Assembly: GCA_030704615.1 (NCBI GenBank)
Contig: CM060734.1
Span: 45,322,001-45,386,000 of the forward strand
DNA from: Takakia lepidozioides
Lineage: Eukaryota; Plantae; Bryophyta
Reading direction: 5' to 3'
DNA: 64,000 bases
Shown in pieces: positions 55,800 through 64,000 of the stretch. The translations under genes and the position numbers were made by a program. Each line of letters starts with the position of its first letter. The first letter of the stretch is position 1. The notes beneath the pieces were generated by a model. It was not told the origin of the DNA and did not search any database. It saw nothing but the letters and a program-made list of their open reading frames with translations.

Positions 55800-58478
55800 T
55801 TAAAATTCTTGTCCCTGTATTCCAAGGTCGTCTTCCTGATGTACCATTCTGCATAGTATGGTAACCTGTTTCATATGAACAAATCTACACACGATGGTTC
55901 TAGTGGTCGTTTTTGTCAAACCTTTTTCCAAACATTGAAAAACAGGTAGCTTAAGATGTTATGAAGACCGGACAAGGGACACCTCATGTAATTGTGCTAT
56001 TGTCATGACTTTGTAAGCAGACAGAGACAGCAGATACAGATATTGTAAGAACTCCTATCCTCATTAACTAGAGAATGTACCTATGAGACGTTGTTTGCCA
56101 ATGCATACTAGAGAGAACTCAAAGATGATTACCTGCAACTTTTTGTACACCTCAGTCTCCAGAGCCAGTGCTTCAGACCAAACAATTAGCCGCTGAGTAC
56201 ATTTGTCGACTTCCCCTGACACAATCCGCTGCATTGCACGTTCACGAATTCCCTCTAAGTCAGGGTCGAACCTGTGCGTGCACACAACACAAAATTGGTA
56301 TCTAAGTACAAATGGTGCAGGCATGAATGAAACGATCAAACTACACATAAACGATTAGGCACGTTAACATCCCACTAGTAGCATGGCAAAAGGACTGTCA
56401 TGTGGCATACCTTATCTGTGATGCAGCATCTCTACTGCCTGTGATGCGCTTACTAATCTTAATGGGTACCCCAGCTTGTGTGAGCCTGCATGCCAACGTC
56501 ATATTAGAGTGATAGAGCTTCCCATATTGCCATTCTGCAGTTTAAATTACTCTGAGTTGGTGTCATGATATGAAGCAATTTGACAAATACATCAGCACGG
56601 GACACAACATTACCTTGTAAGGGCAGTTGTGCGCCCAGTCTTGTTAGAGTACCTTCCTTCTAGGCCAGCATCCTTTGTCATTGTCTTCACCCACGCAGTG
56701 ATAGCTTTTAGTCCCACAGGCGATCGGGTGTACCACTGCACAATTTTACAACCACAAGTTGAACTCACACACATTGAAAAATGTTGAAGATTTGTAGAAA
56801 GGAACAGAAAAAGAAACAAAATCACCTTCCAAATTTAATAGGTATCATTTCACTTCTGGAAGAGACAAGAATATCAAAGAGCTAAAGAAGAAAATTGAAA
56901 CATGCCACATCTTTTGAGGTTGGATTCTTGGTGTCTGTGAGGAAAAATGGATGTGGAGGCAGTTCTTCATCTGCCCATTTCGCTCTGTGCTGTGCCATGA
57001 TTTTGTACGTTGAGACAACATCCGCAATGTAACATGTCACAGGGCGGCGAAGCTTCTCAGCCTGGCCATGCTGAAGGTCGGTCTTAAAATTCTTACTGCT
57101 TCTTTCATCATACCTGCTTGCAAGGTGACCAACTTCAATGGCACCATGTGAATTAACAAATAATACGGAAACAAGTCATCCTATCCTAGTAGGACCAATA
57201 TGTAATCCAACAGACTACGAAAACATTAAGGATTCCATTTCCCATACAAGAGCTCGTGTCTACAGCAGATATACAGAAAAATTGACCTAACTTCGAACTA
57301 CATACCTTAAAAATTCACCAAATTGGTCCTTCCCTAGAGTGAAATCTACATCCTTGACTTCATGCAGCTCAGCAGGACCTCGGATGAAGAAGTTTCTGGT
57401 GCAGAAATATGCAAACCGCATAGAAGCCCCCTTGCCAGAAGTAGGCTTATAATAAGATAGTGACAGCAGGGAAAGCTCATCGGAAATGGTCAAGACATCA
57501 ATTTTCTTTCGTCTCTTCCCTAATCCAAGCTTCCCAGCAGCCACCATGGATTCGTTGGCAGCTAATTGTGCCTTCCTGAATCTGGCATCTGATATGATGC
57601 TAAAGGGCGGCTCCGTAACCCCTGTTTGCACAATGTGAGCTTCTTGATGAGTGCGAATAATTCGACCAACCGTCCTGAGCAGTCTTCCAGTGCTGCGTAT
57701 CGAAACACATCCAATCAGATGGTAACACATGATCAATCGCGCACGAATTTCACAATTACATGTGCACGTACATATGATATAGCTTGAACAGTCTGGTTAC
57801 CACTACAGATAGGAATATGACGGAAAAGGGGTTTCAAAAGTTCCACATTTACGTCTCAGGCGGGTACATTGTCCCATCTTGCTTCCGAACTTCGCGAAAG
57901 AAAGTCCCGAGCAAATCAGCCAGTCCTTGCATGTCTTGCTCACTCATTTCTTCTATAGATTCATCGGTAGATATCTTGGAAAAGGACCGCCATGCATCAA
58001 ATCTGGCTCGAGCCCAGGTCTCGGAGCTCTTGTTCCATCTGCGGCTCCCTTTGGACACATTTGGAGACTCCATGTCATCAATCGGACGAACACAAAGCTC
58101 AACTCGCTCAGCCGTGCCATCCGACACAATGTCTTCGTCATCAGACTCGTCATCATCAGAGGGGGCAGCATCACCATGGCTATCACAGGGACCCATGCTG
58201 TTGGTATCAACCCCTGGTGTCATTCCAGGACCTTCATTTTCCGACTCGTCCGCCTCCGAGAAATCTTGGTGCAAGGGAGATGGCTGCGAAGCCGTAAAGA
58301 TATGCGATGGCACAGTTGGAAAAGCCGATTGATCACCAGCATTCGGTAGAGATGATTTGTTTGCAGCCAAGGTTCCACGAGAAACCAGTGACGCAGGCGA
58401 TGGTGAAAGCATTGAACTGAGGCCAAGTGAAAATGTCGTGCCACCAGGCGAGCTCAATTCCCCTACAGAATCTGCCAT
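55800..58478 (-). CDS. Crypton-type tyrosine-recombinase-derived (DUF3504, KCTD1/ZMYM/QRICH1-like) protein, ~540 aa; exons 58478-57853, 57692-57306, 57113-56906, 56735-56614, 56485-56411, 56271-56133, 55865-55800
   Basis: FFREVRKQDGTMYPPET, NFFIRGPAELH, YDERSSKN, PFFL, WYTRSPVG, YSNKTGRTTALTRL..AGVP..ITGSR..IRF. All exons splice in frame without stops. The exon-3 donor (GC or weak GT) and the last exon are less certain. Confidence 0.85.
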
Positions 58479-61400
58479 CTGACAATTGTAACAACGGATA
58501 CATAATCAATCAATCTGTAATAATTCATCTGAATCCATAATCGGAGAGGGAAGGGCCACTATCAAGGTACAAACGCCAAGGCCCCTACTGAGAAATACAT
58601 GAACAAGATGTCCAAGGAAGGAAGTTTGTGAAAGCACAAAAGCCAACAGATCTGTGATTTGGTGACAAACCAGATCTGATGTGCAGTGCTGGAGTTCAGA
58701 AGATGACCACGGAAACAGCTAGCGCAGCCTTAATTTGCGACATCGCCTCATTAAGGGAAAATGCAAGAAACCACAAACACCGCGAGATTGAAGAACCAGA
58801 AGCGCCTGCTCTTACTGCAAAACCTTTGGCAAAAACCTCTACGAAACCTCACAGAAATACTCGGAACTAATTTCTGCCATCACAACTTCGTAATCCACAC
58901 CTTCACACACAGAAACGAGTCGCACAGTGGAGACTCGACGTACTCCCAGTGCCGTTCAGGTGCGACCACGAAGCAGAACAGTGTAGGGAGACGTGTCACC
59001 GCGTCTATTCTTACCGACCATTGTTTCTGGAACTGCCTCCCTCCTGAAGGCCTTTCCATTTATTTATTTGTTTGATTTATAGAGAGGGAAAGTAGTTCTG
59101 CTTGTAATGCGGTGCTAGGAAAGCTGGTAGGGTTGGAACAGGCGTGGAGGCGGGGTTACAGTGCGGACTGAGATACGGGTGGCCCCCGCACGCAGAACGT
59201 GCAGCGCAACGTGGCCTGGCGACCGCACGTTAGGCGGAATCTGATAGCAGCAGTATTCTCTTCGTCTCGCCATGAAGATTCGCGTGACCTTGTCTCGCAA
59301 GCTGCACACACCTTGTCTGCATGGCCTCTTCCCCGTGAGATTCCAAGATCTGCTTGTTAAGGATGTTTGAGCTGTGTACACCTTCTCTCTTTGACCTCTT
59401 CGTCATGGATTTCATTTGGCTAAAGTATGGAAGTAACAGACCCGCCATGTTCCAGAACGACACAGCCGCCTCTTTGACAGGGAAGACCCTCGATCTACCA
59501 AGAATGTGCTTATGAAACTTAATGCTATTTGGCAGATTGTCCACTTCCACGAGCTTTACTATTATTCTCATCCTCTGACATTGTTGAAGGGGTGCAAGGC
59601 AACAGTTTTGAGCAAGCTATCGATCGAGGGTGCGAGAAGAATGACGGTATAGAAGGATACAAGTGCATATATGACTGGACTCGAGAATTGCAGTTGTCCA
59701 TCCGCATCAGTCACAGTGTGAACGTGAGGAGGGTCCATTAAATCTAGCGATTCCTCACCCCCTCTCTCCTACATACATCTACCCCTCTCTTCTCTCGACC
59801 GAGTTGATGAAGTTGCATCCTCCTTATGGGTAGGTTCCTGTTGTCGTTTTACTTTGTCGACAACAACCTTGTTGATATCCTCGCAATGCAAGCACCGGTG
59901 TTGTCGAAGAAGCTTAGCCACAGCCCGCATACGATTTAGAAGAGCGTCGTGTGTTTGAAAGGCTAGAGTCTGGAGTCGCTGTACAGAAAACAGGATGCCT
60001 GGAAGTTGGCACACGATGGTGTGCGCAACGGTCTCCCAACACTTCACCAGCTCGATTTTTTCCGCACCAAGATAACTGATAGCCTCTTTCAGGTGGGCCT
60101 GCTTCCAAGCCACTCCAGCCTTTCAAACATTACACACAGAACGCTCTCTTCTAGGCATGTTGTATCTGGGGTATCGCTGAGCTGCATCGACAACACCGTT
60201 GCCTACATTGCGATCTTGAGAAAGAAAGTAAGAAAAAGACATTATGTCGCAGTTCTTCGAATTCAAGCAAGGTCTCGCAACGGTACACAACAGCCCAGTG
60301 CACAAAAAGCGCGGCTTTATCGCTAATGTTATGGAAGTCGTGGTCTGGTCAAGTGTACAGGACGTTATGAGAGTTGTGATGGTGTGCACCAAGCTGACGA
60401 CTCCATACCTTTTGTGGCTGCACAGTGAGTGAGGACTGCAGAATTGAGAGCCAGACGCATCCGACCTAGATGTCATCACCGGTGTAGTTCCGGTATCAGG
60501 TTTAGCACATACCACACTGGTCCTGGTGCTACACGTATCAAAAACTTTCATACCAGTCTGCATGTATTTTTTTCCAGATACTGGTATGAGTATGAGTACC
60601 ATGACCACAATACCAGCTGGTCTGAGATATCAATTCTGGTATCCTTCCAAAGCCATCTTTGAATTACAAGTTTATCAAATAAGAGGTATCAAGTGAAAAC
60701 AAGCCGCAAGGCTCAATTTTGACAAGCTGCCACGTGGTTTATACTTAAGAGCTCTTTCATACTCTTGACAAGGTGTAAGGTCCGTTGACCGCATTTTTTC
60801 CATTGACTTCAACATGATCTGCCCTCAAGGGATAGAGCCAACAAATATAAACAAATATAGTAGGAAGTAAATTTACATAAGTACAAGTATGTAGGCATTA
60901 TACACCCACTTGGTCTCATAATTTTTGGTTCAAGTACTTTTGGTCGCTGGAAATTCACGAAAAATAGCAAAGTGGGCTTTCTTGCAACAATGATTGGCCC
61001 TTCATTTGTCTTTTGTGCACGTGAACGTAAATTGGGTTTTTTTTAAATATTGGCGTTCACAATATTGTCTGTAGTGTCAATGAGATCTCCTAAACCGTGG
61101 GTCCTTTGGCCATGATTTTTGGACCGTTGGAAAGCCCTCGATGAGTAGGGGTAACACCGACTTGGTTTCACAAAATTTGGACCTACGGTCCGGGACTTAT
61201 GGAATTATAAACAAATTATGTCGCTGAAAATTTAACTAAATTATAAAATCAAGTGTTGGAAGGACATTGGAGGTTGCACTTGGGCTAAGATAGAAGCCGC
61301 GATTTTGGTACCCCAACTTGGGCCCTCGATGAGTAGGGGTGCACGGAATTGATTTCACAAATTTGGACCTACAGTGAACAATTTTGGTCGCTGAAGATTT

Positions 61401-61680
61401 AACAAGCCTAAAACAGCTATGGGCTCTTTTTACTTTCTTTATTTTTTTCTTGGCTCTCTTGTGTTGGCAAAACATAAGAGGAAGGTGAGAGTAAGGGGAA
61501 TGACTCAGCACAACACACCAATCAGCGCCTTGACACGGTGTAAAGTCCTTTGACCACATTTTCTCCATTGACTTCAACATGTTGCAAACTCTCTCTCTCT
61601 ACAAGAGAGCCAACAAAATTATTACAAAAGTGATGGAATAACAATGGAGGTCGCAGTTGGGCCTCTACAAGAGGCATGAA

Positions 61681-61864
61681 AATGATACCGGACTGGTCTG
61701 GTATATGACAAAGTATTCTCCCAAATGATACCAGACTGGTCTGGTATATGACAAAGTATTCTCCCAAATGATACCAGACTGGTCTGGTATATGACAAAGT
61801 ATTCTCCCAAATGATACCAGACTGGTCTGGTATATGACAAAGTATTCTCCCAAATGATACCAGA
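61681..61864. repeat. 43-bp tandem repeat, ~4.3 near-identical copies, each with an internal palindrome
   Basis: Unit AATGATACCAGACTGGTCTGGTATATGACAAAGTATTCTCCCA starts at 61681, 61724, 61767, 61810 and 61853 (partial). Confidence 0.95.
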
Positions 61865-64000
61865 CCTAATACCAGGGCATATACCAGTACTTTACACCAG
61901 TCCTTCACCTATATAGCAGTCCAACACGGGTCATGAGGAAGCGACCATGACCACCCACTGCCTTCACTGTTTTCGCTGGGGGCCCACAACCCAGCAACCG
62001 CCAACTACCACACGGAGAGGCAAGCGGACGTTCCTATGCTCCCCTCCCACACTCCCTTCTCTTAAGCCCAGGAAGCTTGCATGATCAGACATCGTATTCT
62101 ACCTCCCTCTCTCTCCTGCCAACGACAAGTCTCAGCCACTGCAACATTTGCAGAACACTAAACCGAATTGTTTCAGCTGTGGAGTGTGATTCATTCCTTG
62201 GGACGTAGTCCTCACTTACTCATGCAATCAACCCACTTCAGGATTGCCGAGATCTGGAGATTCACCCCGTGTGAAAGGTCTAACGACTGACCTTGATAGA
62301 ACCTCATTTGGTCATTTGCAGAGGTTGGGGAATACGAGGCGAATTGGTTAAGGCAGGATCCACAAAGATGATGGTGCAGAGCTGGCATGATCCAGCACAG
62401 ATGATTGCACAGAACTTAAGGGGCTCCCATCCGCAGAACATTCAAGCATCGACAGCGAGCTCCGCTGGGCGAGCGGAGTTTTGCACGAGAGGCATCGGTT
62501 TCCAGCTCCGCTGTCATGCTCAGACTTCCCTTAAGGTGATTCGCATTTTTCTGTAATGATGTTGTTCGAGGGATTTGATGATGACGGAGAAACCGGAGCC
62601 CTGTACTCGGACACATTCGAGCTGCTCATGGGTTTGGTTTTGGATTCTGTGAAGGTGGATTGAATACCAAATCAAAGAAAGAAGGAAAGTTTGTAATGCA
62701 GGCTGGAACGAGGAGAAAGAAGACATACAAAAAGGAAACAAGCAAAAAGAATTCCTGGCCTTCGCCCCTTACAAGTATCAGAACGTTGGATCCAGCACTG
62801 GTTATACTTAGCACCAACATAATAGATGTGGCTGTAGGTGCACCGCCAGTCACACTGTTAGGGACTAGAGAGGTAGAGTGATTCCTGGCAGATTCTTCAT
62901 CTGCCCAACATGGCTTCAGTCAGCACTGCATTGGGGCACTTTTTCTAATTTGGATAAAAGATAGAGAGAGATGTCGATGGGCATTTGAATGTGTATTGCA
63001 ACTGAAATGATTGCAAACAGATAGTAATTTGGTCATCTACCTGAAGCTTTGGGTGTTGCATAGTGGATTGTCAGCTACAAATCACTACGATGGAGCATTT
63101 ACTTAAACCTCCCTGTCGATTTACAGAGCGAGTTTCTGGGAGGTTTAAGGATGCAATGGACAACATCGCCGATGCAGTGCAGACAAAGGGTACAAAAATA
63201 TCCCACAGGAATACAGATGACTCTACTTGATGAAATGCCCTTGCTAACAAAGGCTCCCACCATCGCTACGCCGAGCAAAGCCCTGGTAATCTCATCCTTG
63301 TCCTACTTATGTCTGTGTGGACTGTTTATTGCATCCCAGTTTTAACTAAGACCTTGGTGCAATTTGTAGAATAGCAGAGAAGAGGGTGACAATCAAGATC
63401 AATAACATACTCATATTAGACCTGGGTCCAAACAGAGTATCAAAGGGAGGAAATGAAATGAAATGAAATGGTACTTTATAACGTCCGCAGACAGGCCGGG
63501 ACAGTTTCGGAGAGTGCAGATAAAACAGTCGATGGGATACTTACAACCGTAGCTGAAAGATGATTACATGCATTTTCAAATTTTGCTTGCAGTACGTTTT
63601 TGCCAGCAGAAATCCTCCCTATCCACCTTGTGGCTTTGAATCTGTGGCCTGTTTGGGCAAAGTAAAACGAGGAGAAAAGGAGTAGGGTTTAGGACAGAAG
63701 CATAGGAGAGAGACAGAGTGTACCGAGCATTGACAGTTCCTGCAATCATAGGCTATGAGGACATAGTCCACGCGGGCACACTAACCCTGTCTTGGTCTGA
63801 GATTTCTGCCCAGTGTGAGACTCAACCCTGTAATTGTCCAATTGCAGGAAATTGTGTGTTGATGTATGCGTTGTCTTTGACATTGGACTAGACAGCATGA
63901 AGCCCTCTAGGTCAAAATAAATGCGGCTAGTGAGAGGATGCACTTGGAAGTTAGACTTTGCCTGCCATAAATCCCTTGCCAGTTTGGGCAGGGCAGACGG

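Noticed and set aside
57784-58349. Plus-strand ORFs of 182 and 156 aa (likewise 44290-44808 minus and 61522-61908 minus)
   Set aside because: These are antisense shadows of real exons or products of tandem repeats, with no recognisable domains.
61681-61864. CRISPR array (palindromic repeat of similar size)
   Set aside because: The units abut with identical intervening sequence, there are no unique spacers and no cas genes, and the context is eukaryotic.

Overview
Eukaryotic, intron-rich, transposon-dense DNA from a land plant. A non-seed plant (bryophyte, lycophyte or fern) is likely, inferred from the TE complement. Apparently intact host genes: a 3-exon GT37 xyloglucan fucosyltransferase (-), a 13-exon GH1 beta-glucosidase (+), a 2-exon BTB/POZ gene (-), and a 7-exon Crypton/DUF3504-type tyrosine-recombinase-derived gene whose catalytic His and Tyr are replaced (-). 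The centre holds an ~11.2-kb Ty3/gypsy element (tRNA-Ala PBS, dUTPase-like domain between PR and RT, no recognisable PPT). It carries a solo LTR and a non-autonomous CACTA element that captured intron-containing MSH3 exons. Also present: a decayed, spliced RAG1/Transib-like DDE transposase at the left edge, a CRE-type RLE non-LTR retrotransposon, a CDC48C/NVL pseudogene with an inverted exon, a split tRNA-binding (OB-fold) gene relic, hAT/MITE elements, SINEs, LINE 3' fragments and a 43-bp palindromic tandem repeat. All calls come from reading motifs, splice sites, TIRs and TSDs by eye; no database searches were run.
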